Of a stretch of 64,000 nt of DNA, positions 13,441 to 27,200 are shown in pieces. The DNA comes from Eledone cirrhosa (Eukaryota), in NCBI GenBank assembly GCA_964016885.1, contig OZ024744.1, positions 128,526,001 to 128,590,000 of the forward strand. The letters are read 5' to 3'. Each line of letters opens with the position of its first letter. Positions within the stretch are counted from its first letter, which is position 1. The notes under the pieces are model-generated. The model searched no databases and was not told where the DNA came from. It saw only the letters and a list, made by a program, of their open reading frames with translations. A program made the position numbers and the translations under genes.

Positions 13441-16400
13441 GGGTTAAGTTAAGTTGGGGGTAAGTTAAGTTGGGGGTAAGTTAAGTTGGGGGTAAGTTAA
13501 GTTGGGGTTAAGTTAAGTCGGGGTTAAGTTAAGTTGGGGTTAAGTTAAGTTGGGGTTAATTTAAGTTGGGGTTAAGTTAAGTTGGGGGTAAGTTAAGTTG
13601 GGGGTAAGTTAAGTTAGGGTTAAGTTAAGTTGGGGTTGAGTTAAGTTGGGGTTAAGTTAAGTTGGGGTTATGTTAAGTTGGGGTTAAGTTAAGTTGGGGT
13701 TAAGTTAAGTTGGGGTTAAGTTAAGTTGCGGTTAAGTTAAGTTGGGGTTAAATTAAGTTGGGGTTAAGTTAAGTTGGGATTAAGTTAAGTTGGGGTTAAG
13801 TTAAGTTGGGGTTAAGTTAAGTTGGGGTTAAGTTAGATTGTTGTTAAGTTAAGTTGGGGTTAAGTTAAGTTGGGGTTAAGTTAAGTTGGGGTTAATTTAA
13901 GTTGGGGTTAAGTTATGTCGGGGTTAAGTTGAGTTGGGGTTAAGTTAAGTTGGGGTTAAGTTAAGTTGGGGTTAAGTTAAGTTGGGGTTAAGATAAGTTG
14001 GGGTTAAGTTAAGTTGGGGTTAAATTAAGTTCGGGTTAAGTTAATTTGGGGTTGACTTAAGTTGGGGTTAACTTAAGTTGGGATTAAGTTAAGTTGGGGT
14101 TAAGTTAAGTTGGGGTTAAATTAAGTTCGGGTTAAGTTAAGTTGGGGTTAAGTTAAGTTGGGGTTAAGTTAAGTTGGGGTTAAGTTAGGTTGGGGTTAAG
14201 TTAAGTTGGGGGTAAGTTAAGTTGGGGTTAAGTTAAGTTGGGGTTAAGTTAAGTTGGGGGTAAGTTAAGTTGGGGGTAAGTTAAGTTGGGGTTAATTTAA
14301 GTTGGGTCGAATTAAGTTGGTGTTAAGTTAAGTTGGGGTTAAGTTAAGCTGGGGTTAAGTTAAGTTGGGGTTAAGTTAAGATGGGGTTTAGTTAAGTTGG
14401 GGTTAAGTTAAGTTGGGGTTACGTTAAGTTGGGGGTAAGTTAAGTTGGTGGTAAGTTAAGTTGGGGGTAAGTTAAGATGGGGTTAAATTAAGTTGGGGTT
14501 AAGTTAATTTGGGGTTGACTTAATTTGGGGTTGACTTAAGTTGGGGTTAACTTAAGTTGGGGTTAAGTTAAGATGGGGTTTAGTTAAGTTGGGGTTAAGT
14601 TAAGTTGGGGTTTAGTTAAGTTGGGGTTAAGTTAAGTTGGGGTTAAGTTAAGTTGGTGGTAAGTTAAGTTGGGGGTAAGTTAAGTTGGGGGTAAGTTAAG
14701 TTGGGGTTAATTTAAGTTGGGTCGAATTAAGTTGGTGTTAAGTTAAGTTGGGGTTAAGTTAAGTTGGGGTTAAGTTAAGTTGGGGTTAAGTTAAGTTGGG
14801 GGTAAGTTAAGTTGGGGGTAAGTTAAGTTGGGGTTAATTTAAGTTGGGTCGAATTAAGTTGGTGTTAAGTTAAGTTGGGGTTAAGTTAAGTTGGGGTTAA
14901 GTTAAGTTGGGGTTGAGTTAAGTCGGGGTTAAGTTAAGTTGGGGTTATGTTAAGTTGGGGTTAAGTTAAGTTGGGGTTAAGTTAAGTTGGGGTTCAATTA
15001 AGTTGCGGTTAATTTAAGTTGGGGTTAAGTTAAGTTGGGGTTAAGTTAAGTTGGGGTTAAGTTAAGTTGGGGTTAAATTAAGTTGGGGTTAAATTAAGTT
15101 GGGGTTAAGTTAAGTTGGGGTTATGTTAAGTTGGTGTTAAGTTAAGTTGGGGTTAAGTTAAGTTGGGGTTAAGTTAAGTTGGGGTTAAGTTAGGTTGGTG
15201 TTAAGTTAAGTTGGGGGTAAGTTAAGTTGGGGGTAAGTTAAGTTGGTGTTAAGTTAAGTTGGGGTTAAGTTAAGTTGGGGTTAAGTTAAGTTGGGTTTAA
15301 GTTAAGTTGGGGCTAAGTTAAGTTAGGGCTAAGTTAAGTTGGGGTTAAGTAAAGTTAGGGCTAAGTTAAGTTGGGTTAAGTTAAGTTGGGGTTAATTTAA
15401 CTTGGGGTTACATTAAGTTGAGGTTAAGTTAAGTTGGTGTTAAGTTAAGTTGGGGTTAATTTAAGTTGGGGTTAATTAAGTTGGGGTTAATTTAAGTTGG
15501 GGTTAAGTTAAGTTGGGGTTAATTTCAGTTGGGGTTGAGTTAAGTTGGGGTTAAGTTTAGTTGGGGTTAATTTAAGTTGGGGTTGAGTTAAGTTGGGGTT
15601 AAGTTAAGTTGGGGTTAAGTTATGTTCGGGTTAAGTTAAGTTGCGGCTAAGTTAAGTTGGGTCTAAGTTAAGTTGGGGTTAAGTTAAGTTGGGGTTAAGT
15701 TAAGTGAGGGTTAATTTAAGTTGGGGTTATTTTAAGTTGGGGTTAAGTTAAGTTGGGGTTAAGTTAGGTTGGTGTTAAGTTAAGTTGGGGGTAAGTTAAG
15801 TTGGGGGTAAGTTAAGTTGGTGTTAAGTTAAGTTGGGTTTAAGTTAAGTTGGGGCTAAGTTAAGTTAGGGCTAAGTTAAGTTGGGGCTGAGTTAAGTTGG
15901 GGTTAAGTTAAGTTGGGGTTGAGTTAAGTTGGGGCTAAGTTAAGTTGGGGTTTAGTTAAGTTGGGGTTAAGTTAAGGTGGGGTTAAGTTAAGTTGGGGTC
16001 AACTAAAGTTGGGGTTAAGTTAAGTTGGGGTTAACTTAAGTTGGGGTTAAATTAAGTTGGGGTTAAGTTAAGTTGGGGTTAAGTTAAGTTGGGGTTAAGT
16101 TAAGTTGCGGGTAATTTAAGTTGGGGTTAAGTTAAGTTGGGGGTAAGTTAAGTTGGGGGCAAGTTAAGTTGGGGTTAAGTTAAGTTGGGGTTAAGTTAAG
16201 TTGGGGTTAAGTTAAGTTGGGGTTAAGTTAAGTTGGGGTTAAGTTAAGTTGGGGGTAAGTTAAGTTGGGGTTAAGTTAAGTTGGGGTTAAATTAAGTTGA
16301 GGTTAAGTTAATTTGGGGTTAAGTTAAGTTGGGGTTAAATTAAGTTGGGGGTAAGATAAGTTGGGGCTAAGTTAAGTTGGGGCTAAGTCAAGTTGGGGTT

Positions 16401-19400
16401 AAGTCAAGTTGAGGTTAACTTAAGTTGGGGTTAAGTTAAGTTGGGGTTAAGTTAAGTTGGGGTTAAGGTAAGGTGGGGTTAAGTTAAGTTGGGGTTAAGT
16501 TAAGTTGGGGTTAAGTTAAGTTGGGGTTAAGTTAAGTTAGGGTTAATTTCAGTTGGGGTTATGTTAAGTTGGGGTTAAGTTAAGTTGGGGTTAAGTTAAG
16601 TTGAGGTTAAGTTAAGTTGGAGTTAAGTTAAGTTGGGGTTAAGCTAAGTTGGGGTTAAGTTAATTTGCGGTTAAGTTAGGTTGTGGGTTAAGTTAAGTTG
16701 GGGTTAAGTTAAGCTGGTGTTAAGTTAGGGTAAGTTAAGTTGGGGTTAAGTTAAGTTGGGGTTAAGTTAGGTTGGGGTTAAGTTAAGTTGGGGTTAAGTT
16801 AAGTTGGGGTTGAGTTAAGTTGGGGTTGAGTTAAGTTGGGGTTAAGTTAAGTTGGGGTTAAGTTAAGTTGGGGTTAAGTTAAGTTGGGGTTAAGTTAAGT
16901 TGGGGTTAAGTTAAGTTGGGGGCAAGTTAAGTTGGGGTTAATTTAAGTTGAGGTTAAGTTAAGTTGGTGTTAAGTTAAGTTGGGGCTAAGTTAAGTTGGG
17001 GCTGAGTTAAGTTGGGGCTGAGTTAAGTTGCAGTTAAGTTAAGTTGGGGTTGAGTTAAGTTGCGGTTAAGTTAAGTTGGGGTTAAGTTAAGTTGGGGTTA
17101 AGTTAAGTTGGGGTTTATTTAAGTTGGGGTTCAGTTAATTTGGGGTTAAGTTAAGTTTGGGTTAAGTTGGGGTTAAATTAAGTTGGGGTTAAATTAAGTT
17201 GGGGTTAAGCTAATTTGGGGTTAAGTTAAGTTGGGGTTAATTTAAGTTGGGGTTAAGTTAAGTTGCGGGTAATTTAAGTCGGGGTTAAGTTAAGTTGGGG
17301 TTAAGTTAAGTTGGGGTTAAGTTAAGTTGGGGTTAAGTTAAGTTGGGGTTAAGTTAAGTTGGGGGTAAGTTAAGTTGGGGGCAAGTTAAGTTGGGGTTAA
17401 GTTAAGTTGGGGTTAAGTTAAGTTGGGGTTAAGTTAAGTTGGGGTTAAGTTAAGTTGGGGTTAAGTTAAGTTGGGGGTAAGTTAAGTTGGGGTTAAGTTA
17501 AGTTGGGGTTAAATTAAGTTGAGGTTAAGTTAATTTGGGGTTAAGTTAAGTTGGGGTTAAATTAAGTTGGGGGTAAGATAAGTTGGGGCTAAGTTAAGTT
17601 GGGGCTAAGTCAAGTTGGGGTTAAGTCAAGTTGAGGTTAACTTAAGTTGGGGTTAAGTTAAGTTGGGGTTAAGTTAAGTTGGGGTTAAGGTAAGGTGGGG
17701 TTAAGTTAAGTTGGGGTTAAGTTAAGTTGGGGTTAAGTTAAGTTGGGGTTAAGTTAAGTTAGGGTTAATTTCAGTTGGGGTTATGTTAAGTTGGGGTTAA
17801 GTTAAGTTGGGGTTAAGTTAAGTTGAGGTTAAGTTAAGTTGGAGTTAAGTTAAGTTGGGGTTAAGCTAAGTTGGGGTTAAGTTAATTTGCGGTTAAGTTA
17901 GGTTGTGGGTTAAGTTAAGTTGGGGTTAAGTTAAGCTGGTGTTAAGTTAGGGTAAGTTAAGTTGGGGTTAAGTTAAGTTGGGGTTAAGTTAGGTTGGGGT
18001 TAAGTTAAGTTGGGGTTAAGTTAAGTTGGGGTTGAGTTAAGTTGGGGTTGAGTTAAGTTGGGGTTAAGTTAAGTTGGGGTTAAGTTAAGTTGGGGTTAAG
18101 TTAAGTTGGGGTTAAGTTAAGTTGGGGTTAAGTTAAGTTGGGGGCAAGTTAAGTTGGGGTTAATTTAAGTTGAGGTTAAGTTAAGTTGGTGTTAAGTTAA
18201 GTTGGGGCTAAGTTAAGTTGGGGCTGAGTTAAGTTGGGGCTGAGTTAAGTTGCAGTTAAGTTAAGTTGGGGTTGAGTTAAGTTGCGGTTAAGTTAAGTTG
18301 GGGTTAAGTTAAGTTGGGGTTAAGTTAAGTTGGGGTTTATTTAAGTTGGGGTTCAGTTAATTTGGGGTTAAGTTAAGTTTGGGTTAAGTTGGGGTTAAAT
18401 TAAGTTGGGGTTAAATTAAGTTGGGGTTAAGCTAATTTGGGGTTAAGTTAAGTTGGGGTTAATTTAAGTTGGGGTTAAGTTAAGTTGCGGGTAATTTAAG
18501 TCGGGGTTAAGTTAAGTTGGGGTTAAGTTAAGTTGGGGTTAAGTTAAGGTGGGGTTTAGTTAAGTTGGGGTTAAGTTAAGTTGGGGGTAAGTTAAGTTGG
18601 GGGTAAGTTAAGTTGGGGGTAAGTTAAGTTGGGGTTAAGTTAAGTCGGGGTTAAGTTAAGTTGGGGTTAAGTTAAGTTGGGGTTAATTTAAGTTGGGGTT
18701 AAGTTAAGTTGGGGGTAAGTTAAGTTGGGGGTAAGTTAAGTTAGGGTTAAGTTAAGTTGGGGTTGAGTTAAGTTGGGGTTAAGTTAAGTTGGGGTTATGT
18801 TAAGTTGGGGTTAAGTTAAGTTGGGGTTAAGTTAAGTTGGGGTTAAGTTAAGTTGCGGTTAAGTTAAGTTGGGGTTAAATTAAGTTGGGGTTAAGTTAAG
18901 TTGGGATTAAGTTAAGTTGGGGTTAAGTTAAGTTGGGGTTAAGTTAAGTTGGGGTTAAGTTAGATTGTTGTTAAGTTAAGTTGGGGTTAAGTTAAGTTGG
19001 GGTTAAGTTAAGTTGGGGTTAATTTAAGTTGGGGTTAAGTTATGTCGGGGTTAAGTTGAGTTGGGGTTAAGTTAAGTTGGGGTTAAGTTAAGTTGGGGTT
19101 AAGTTAAGTTGGGGTTAAGATAAGTTGGGGTTAAGTTAAGTTGGGGTTAAATTAAGTTCGGGTTAAGTTAATTTGGGGTTGACTTAAGTTGGGGTTAACT
19201 TAAGTTGGGATTAAGTTAAGTTGGGGTTAAGTTAAGTTGGGGTTAAATTAAGTTCGGGTTAAGTTAAGTTGGGGTTAAGTTAAGTTGGGGTTAAGTTAAG
19301 TTGGGGTTAAGTTAGGTTGGGGTTAAGTTAAGTTGGGGGTAAGTTAAGTTGGGGTTAAGTTAAGTTGGGGTTAAGTTAAGTTGGGGGTAAGTTAAGTTGG

Positions 19401-21270
19401 GGGTAAGTTAAGTTGGGGTTAATTTAAGTTGGGTCGAATTAAGTTGGTGTTAAGTTAAGTTGGGGTTAAGTTAAGCTGGGGTTAAGTTAAGTTGGGGTTA
19501 AGTTAAGATGGGGTTTAGTTAAGTTGGGGTTAAGTTAAGTTGGGGTTACGTTAAGTTGGGGGTAAGTTAAGTTGGTGGTAAGTTAAGTTGGGGGTAAGTT
19601 AAGATGGGGTTAAATTAAGTTGGGGTTAAGTTAATTTGGGGTTGACTTAATTTGGGGTTGACTTAAGTTGGGGTTAACTTAAGTTGGGGTTAAGTTAAGA
19701 TGGGGTTTAGTTAAGTTGGGGTTAAGTTAAGTTGGGGTTTAGTTAAGTTGGGGTTAAGTTAAGTTGGGGTTAAGTTAAGTTGGTGGTAAGTTAAGTTGGG
19801 GGTAAGTTAAGTTGGGGGTAAGTTAAGTTGGGGTTAATTTAAGTTGGGTCGAATTAAGTTGGTGTTAAGTTAAGTTGGGGTTAAGTTAAGTTGGGGTTAA
19901 GTTAAGTTGGGGTTAAGTTAAGTTGGGGGTAAGTTAAGTTGGGGGTAAGTTAAGTTGGGGTTAATTTAAGTTGGGTCGAATTAAGTTGGTGTTAAGTTAA
20001 GTTGGGGTTAAGTTAAGTTGGGGTTAAGTTAAGTTGGGGTTGAGTTAAGTCGGGGTTAAGTTAAGTTGGGGTTATGTTAAGTTGGGGTTAAGTTAAGTTG
20101 GGGTTAAGTTAAGTTGGGGTTCAATTAAGTTGCGGTTAATTTAAGTTGGGGTTAAGTTAAGTTGGGGTTAAGTTAAGTTGGGGTTAAGTTAAGTTGGGGT
20201 TAAATTAAGTTGGGGTTAAATTAAGTTGGGGTTAAGTTAAGTTGGGGTTATGTTAAGTTGGTGTTAAGTTAAGTTGGGGTTAAGTTAAGTTGGGGTTAAG
20301 TTAAGTTGGGGTTAAGTTAGGTTGGTGTTAAGTTAAGTTGGGGGTAAGTTAAGTTGGGGGTAAGTTAAGTTGGTGTTAAGTTAAGTTGGGGTTAAGTTAA
20401 GTTGGGGTTAAGTTAAGTTGGGTTTAAGTTAAGTTGGGGCTAAGTTAAGTTAGGGCTAAGTTAAGTTGGGGTTAAGTAAAGTTAGGGCTAAGTTAAGTTG
20501 GGTTAAGTTAAGTTGGGGTTAATTTAACTTGGGGTTACATTAAGTTGAGGTTAAGTTAAGTTGGTGTTAAGTTAAGTTGGGGTTAATTTAAGTTGGGGTT
20601 AATTAAGTTGGGGTTAATTTAAGTTGGGGTTAAGTTAAGTTGGGGTTAATTTCAGTTGGGGTTGAGTTAAGTTGGGGTTAAGTTTAGTTGGGGTTAATTT
20701 AAGTTGGGGTTGAGTTAAGTTGGGGTTAAGTTAAGTTGGGGTTAAGTTATGTTCGGGTTAAGTTAAGTTGCGGCTAAGTTAAGTTGGGTCTAAGTTAAGT
20801 TGGGGTTAAGTTAAGTTGGGGTTAAGTTAAGTGAGGGTTAATTTAAGTTGGGGTTATTTTAAGTTGGGGTTAAGTTAAGTTGGGGTTAAGTTAGGTTGGT
20901 GTTAAGTTAAGTTGGGGGTAAGTTAAGTTGGGGGTAAGTTAAGTTGGTGTTAAGTTAAGTTGGGTTTAAGTTAAGTTGGGGCTAAGTTAAGTTAGGGCTA
21001 AGTTAAGTTGGGGCTGAGTTAAGTTGGGGTTAAGTTAAGTTGGGGTTGAGTTAAGTTGGGGCTAAGTTAAGTTGGGGTTTAGTTAAGTTGGGGTTAAGTT
21101 AAGGTGGGGTTAAGTTAAGTTGGGGTCAACTAAAGTTGGGGTTAAGTTAAGTTGGGGTTAACTTAAGTTGGGGTTAAATTAAGTTGGGGTTAAGTTAAGT
21201 TGGGGTTAAGTTAAGTTGGGGTTAAGTTAAGTTGCGGGTAATTTAAGTTGGGGTTAAGTTAAGTTGGGGT
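11040..21270 (+). repeat. ~5.1-kb tandem higher-order duplication within the satellite
   Basis: Markers recur at offsets 5111-5127: GTTGCAG 13126/18253, GGTCGAATT ~14306/~19433, GTCAACTAAAG ~15998/~21125. Confidence 0.85.
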
Positions 21271-24200
21271 TAAGTTAAGTTGGGGGTAAGTTAAGTTGGG
21301 GGTAAGTTAAGTTGGGGTTAAGTTAAGTTAGGGTTAAGTTAAGTTGGGGTTGAGTTAAGTTGGGGTTAAGTTAAGTTGGGGTTATGTTAAGTTGGGGTTA
21401 AGTTAAGTTGGGGTTAATTTAAGTTGGGGTTAAGTTAAGTTGGGGCTAAGTTAAGTTGGGGCTAAGTTAAGTTGGGGCTGAGTTAAGTTGGGGTTAAGTT
21501 AAGTTGGGGTTGAGTTAAGTTGGGGTTAACTTAAGTTGGGGTTAAGTTGGGGTTAAGTTAAGTTGGGGTTAAATTAAGTTGGGGGTTAGTTAAGTTGGGG
21601 CAAGTTAAGTTGGGGTTAATTTAAGTTGGGGTTAATTTAAGTTGGGGTTATGTTAAGTTGGGGTTAAGTTAAGTTGGGGTTAAGTTAAGTTGGGGGTCAG
21701 TTAAGTTGGGGTTAAGTTAAGTTGGGGGTAAGTTAAGTTGAGGGTAAGTCAAGTTGGGGTTAAGTCAAGTTGGGGTTAAGTTAAGTTGGGGTTAAGTTAA
21801 GTTGGGGTTGAGTTAAGTTGGGGTTGAGTTAAGTTGGGGTTAAGTTAAGTTGGGTGTAAGTTAAGTTGGGGTTAAGTTAAGTTGGGGTTAAGTTAAGTTG
21901 GGGTTAAGTTAAGTTGGGGGTAAGTTAAGTTGGGGGCAAGTTAAGTTGGGGTTAAGTTAAGTTGGGGTTAAGTTAAGTTGGGGTTAAGTTAAGTTGGGGT
22001 TAAGTTAAGTTGGGGGTAAGTTAAGTTGGGGTTAAGTTAAGTTGGGGTTAAATTAAGTTGAGGTTAAGTTAATTTGGGGTTAAGTTAAGTTGGGGTTAAA
22101 TTAAGTTGGGGGTAAGATAAGTTGGGGCTAAGTTAAGTTGGGGCTAAGTCAAGTTGGGGTTAAGTCAAGTTGAGGTTAACTTAAGTTGGGGTTAAGTTAA
22201 GTTGGGGTTAAGTTAAGTTGGGGTTAAGGTAAGGTGGGGTTAAGTTAAGTTGGGGTTAAGTTAAGTTGGGGTTAAGTTAAGTTGGGGTTAAGTTAAGTTA
22301 GGGTTAATTTCAGTTGGGGTTATGTTAAGTTGGGGTTAAGTTAAGTTGGGGTTAAGTTAAGTTGAGGTTAAGTTAAGTTGGAGTTAAGTTAAGTTGGGGT
22401 TAAGCTAAGTTGGGGTTAAGTTAATTTGCGGTTAAGTTAGGTTGTGGGTTAAGTTAAGTTGGGGTTAAGTTAAGCTGGTGTTAAGTTAGGGTAAGTTAAG
22501 TTGGGGTTAAGTTAAGTTGGGGTTAAGTTAGGTTGGGGTTAAGTTAAGTTGGGGTTAAGTTAAGTTGGGGTTGAGTTAAGTTGGGGTTGAGTTAAGTTGG
22601 GGTTAAGTTAAGTTGGGGTTAAGTTAAGTTGGGGTTAAGTTAAGTTGGGGTTAAGTTAAGTTGGGGGCAAGTTAAGTTGGGGTTAATTTAAGTTGAGGTT
22701 AAGTTAAGTTGGTGTTAAGTTAAGTTGGGGCTAAGTTAAGTTGGGGCTGAGTTAAGTTGGGGCTGAGTTAAGTTGCAGTTAAGTTAAGTTGGGGTTGAGT
22801 TAAGTTGCGGTTAAGTTAAGTTGGGGTTAAGTTAAGTTGGGGTTAAGTTAAGTTGGGGTTTATTTAAGTTGGGGTTCAGTTAATTTGGGGTTAAGTTAAG
22901 TTTGGGTTAAGTTGGGGTTAAATTAAGTTGGGGTTAAATTAAGTTGGGGTTAAGCTAATTTGGGGTTAAGTTAAGTTGGGGTTAATTTAAGTTGGGGTTA
23001 AGTTAAGTTGCGGGTAATTTAAGTCGGGGTTAAGTTAAGTTGGGGTTAAGTTAAGTTGGGGTTAAGTTAAGGTGGGGTTTAGTTAAGTTGGGGTTAAGTT
23101 AAGTTGGGGGTAAGTTAAGTTGGGGGTAAGTTAAGTTGGGGGTAAGTTAAGTTGGGGTTAAGTTAAGTCGGGGTTAAGTTAAGTTGGGGTTAAGTTAAGT
23201 TGGGGTTAATTTAAGTTGGGGTTAAGTTAAGTTGGGGGTAAGTTAAGTTGGGGGTAAGTTAAGTTAGGGTTAAGTTAAGTTGGGGTTGAGTTAAGTTGGG
23301 GTTAAGTTAAGTTGGGGTTATGTTAAGTTGGGGTTAAGTTAAGTTGGGGTTAAGTTAAGTTGGGGTTAAGTTAAGTTGCGGTTAAGTTAAGTTGGGGTTA
23401 AATTAAGTTGGGGTTAAGTTAAGTTGGGATTAAGTTAAGTTGGGGTTAAGTTAAGTTGGGGTTAAGTTAAGTTGGGGTTAAGTTAGATTGTTGTTAAGTT
23501 AAGTTGGGGTTAAGTTAAGTTGGGGTTAAGTTAAGTTGGGGTTAATTTAAGTTGGGGTTAAGTTATGTCGGGGTTAAGTTGAGTTGGGGTTAAGTTAAGT
23601 TGGGGTTAAGTTAAGTTGGGGTTAAGTTAAGTTGGGGTTAAGATAAGTTGGGGTTAAGTTAAGTTGGGGTTAAATTAAGTTCGGGTTAAGTTAATTTGGG
23701 GTTGACTTAAGTTGGGGTTAACTTAAGTTGGGATTAAGTTAAGTTGGGGTTAAGTTAAGTTGGGGTTAAATTAAGTTCGGGTTAAGTTAAGTTGGGGTTA
23801 AGTTAAGTTGGGGTTAAGTTAAGTTGGGGTTAAGTTAGGTTGGGGTTAAGTTAAGTTGGGGGTAAGTTAAGTTGGGGTTAAGTTAAGTTGGGGTTAAGTT
23901 AAGTTGGGGGTAAGTTAAGTTGGGGGTAAGTTAAGTTGGGGTTAATTTAAGTTGGGTCGAATTAAGTTGGTGTTAAGTTAAGTTGGGGTTAAGTTAAGCT
24001 GGGGTTAAGTTAAGTTGGGGTTAAGTTAAGATGGGGTTTAGTTAAGTTGGGGTTAAGTTAAGTTGGGGTTACGTTAAGTTGGGGGTAAGTTAAGTTGGTG
24101 GTAAGTTAAGTTGGGGGTAAGTTAAGATGGGGTTAAATTAAGTTGGGGTTAAGTTAATTTGGGGTTGACTTAATTTGGGGTTGACTTAAGTTGGGGTTAA

Positions 24201-27200
24201 CTTAAGTTGGGGTTAAGTTAAGATGGGGTTTAGTTAAGTTGGGGTTAAGTTAAGTTGGGGTTTAGTTAAGTTGGGGTTAAGTTAAGTTGGGGTTAAGTTA
24301 AGTTGGTGGTAAGTTAAGTTGGGGGTAAGTTAAGTTGGGGGTAAGTTAAGTTGGGGTTAATTTAAGTTGGGTCGAATTAAGTTGGTGTTAAGTTAAGTTG
24401 GGGTTAAGTTAAGTTGGGGTTAAGTTAAGTTGGGGTTAAGTTAAGTTGGGGGTAAGTTAAGTTGGGGGTAAGTTAAGTTGGGGTTAATTTAAGTTGGGTC
24501 GAATTAAGTTGGTGTTAAGTTAAGTTGGGGTTAAGTTAAGTTGGGGTTAAGTTAAGTTGGGGTTGAGTTAAGTCGGGGTTAAGTTAAGTTGGGGTTATGT
24601 TAAGTTGGGGTTAAGTTAAGTTGGGGTTAAGTTAAGTTGGGGTTCAATTAAGTTGCGGTTAATTTAAGTTGGGGTTAAGTTAAGTTGGGGTTAAGTTAAG
24701 TTGGGGTTAAGTTAAGTTGGGGTTAAATTAAGTTGGGGTTAAATTAAGTTGGGGTTAAGTTAAGTTGGGGTTATGTTAAGTTGGTGTTAAGTTAAGTTGG
24801 GGTTAAGTTAAGTTGGGGTTAAGTTAAGTTGGGGTTAAGTTAGGTTGGTGTTAAGTTAAGTTGGGGGTAAGTTAAGTTGGGGGTAAGTTAAGTTGGTGTT
24901 AAGTTAAGTTGGGGTTAAGTTAAGTTGGGGTTAAGTTAAGTTGGGTTTAAGTTAAGTTGGGGCTAAGTTAAGTTAGGGCTAAGTTAAGTTGGGGTTAAGT
25001 AAAGTTAGGGCTAAGTTAAGTTGGGTTAAGTTAAGTTGGGGTTAATTTAACTTGGGGTTACATTAAGTTGAGGTTAAGTTAAGTTGGTGTTAAGTTAAGT
25101 TGGGGTTAATTTAAGTTGGGGTTAATTAAGTTGGGGTTAATTTAATTGGGGTTAAGTTAAGTTGGGGTTAATTTCAGTTGGGGTTGAGTTAAGTTGGGGT
25201 TAAGTTTAGTTGGGGTTAATTTAAGTTGGGGTTGAGTTAAGTTGGGGTTAAGTTAAGTTGGGGTTAAGTTATGTTCGGGTTAAGTTAAGTTGCGGCTAAG
25301 TTAAGTTGGGTCTAAGTTAAGTTGGGGTTAAGTTAAGTTGGGGTTAAGTTAAGTGAGGGTTAATTTAAGTTGGGGTTATTTTAAGTTGGGGTTAAGTTAA
25401 GTTGGGGTTAAGTTAGGTTGGTGTTAAGTTAAGTTGGGGGTAAGTTAAGTTGGGGGTAAGTTAAGTTGGTGTTAAGTTAAGTTGGGTTTAAGTTAAGTTG
25501 GGGCTAAGTTAAGTTAGGGCTAAGTTAAGTTGGGGCTGAGTTAAGTTGGGGTTAAGTTAAGTTGGGGTTGAGTTAAGTTGGGGCTAAGTTAAGTTGGGGT
25601 TTAGTTAAGTTGGGGTTAAGTTAAGGTGGGGTTAAGTTAAGTTGGGGTCAACTAAAGTTGGGGTTAAGTTAAGTTGGGGTTAACTTAAGTTGGGGTTAAA
25701 TTAAGTTGGGGTTAAGTTAAGTTGGGGTTAAGTTAAGTTGGGGTTAAGTTAAGTTGCGGGTAATTTAAGTTGGGGTTAAGTTAAGTTGGGGTTAAGTTAA
25801 GTTGGGGGTAAGTTAAGTTGGGGGTAAGTTAAGTTGGGGTTAAGTTAAGTTAGGGTTAAGTTAAGTTGGGGTTGAGTTAAGTTGGGGTTAAGTTAAGTTG
25901 GGGTTATGTTAAGTTGGGGTTAAGTTAAGTTGGGGTTAATTTAAGTTGGGGTTAAGTTAAGTTGCGGTTAAGTTAAGTTGGGGTTAAATTAAGTTGGGGT
26001 TAAGTTAAGTTGGGATTAAGTTAAGTTGGGGTTAAGTTAAGTTGGGGTTAAGTTAGATTGTTGTTAAGTTAAGTTGGGGTTAAGTTAAGTTGGGGTTAAT
26101 TTAAGTTGGGGTTAATTTAAGTTGGGTCTAATTAAGTTGGGGTTAAGTTAAGTTGGGGTTAAGTTAAGTTGGGGTTAAGTTAAGTTGGGGTTAAGTTAAG
26201 TTGCGTTTACGTTAAGTTGGGGGTAAGTTAAGTTGGTGGTAAGTTAAGTTGGGGGTAAGTTAAGATGGGGTTAAGTTAAGTTGGGGTTAATTTAATTTGG
26301 GGTTAAGTTAAGTTAGGGTTAAGTTAAGTTGGGGTTGAGTTATGTCGGGGTTCAGTTAAGTTGGGGTTATGTTAAGTTGGGGTTAAGTTAAGTTGGGGTT
26401 AAGTTAAGTTGGGGTTCAATTAAGTTGCGGGTAATTTAAGTTGGGGTTAAGTTAAGTTGGGGGTACGTTAAGTTGGGGGTAAGTTAAGTTGGGGTTAAGT
26501 TAAGTTGGGGTTAAGTTAAGTCGGGGTTAATTTAAGTTGCGGTTAAGTTAAGTTGGGGTTAAGTTAAGTTGGGGTTAAGTTAAGTTGGGATTAAGTTAAG
26601 TTGGGGTTAAGTTAAGTTGGGGTTGAGTTAAGTTGGGGTTAAGTTAGATTATTGTTAATTTATTTTGGGGTTAAGTTAAGTTGGGGTTAAGTTAAGTTGG
26701 GGTTAATTTAAGTTGGGGTTAAGTTAAGTGGGGGTTAAGTTGAGTTGGGGTTAAGTTAAGTTGGGGTTAAGTTAAGTTGGGGTTAAGATAAGTTGGGGTT
26801 AAGTTAAGTTGGGGTTGAGTTAAGTTCGGGTTGAGTTAATTTGGGGTTAACTTAAGTTGGGGTTAACTTAAGTTGGGGTTAAGTTAAGTTGGGTTTATGT
26901 TAAGTTGGGGATAAGTTAAGTTGGGGTTAAGTTAAGTTGGGGTTCAATTAAGTTGCGGTTAATTTAAGTTGGGGTTAAGTTAAGTTGGGGTTAAGTTAAG
27001 TTGGGGTTAAGTTAAGTTGGGGGTAAGTTAAGTTGAGGGTAAGTCAAGTTGGGGTTAAGTCAAGTTGGGGTTAAGTTAAGTTGGGGTTAAGTTAAGTTGG
27101 GGTTGAGTTAAGTTGGGGTTGAGTTAAGTTGGGGTTAAGTTAAGTTGGGTGTAAGTTAAGTTGGGGTTAAGTTAAGTTGGGGTTAAGTTAAGTTGGGGTT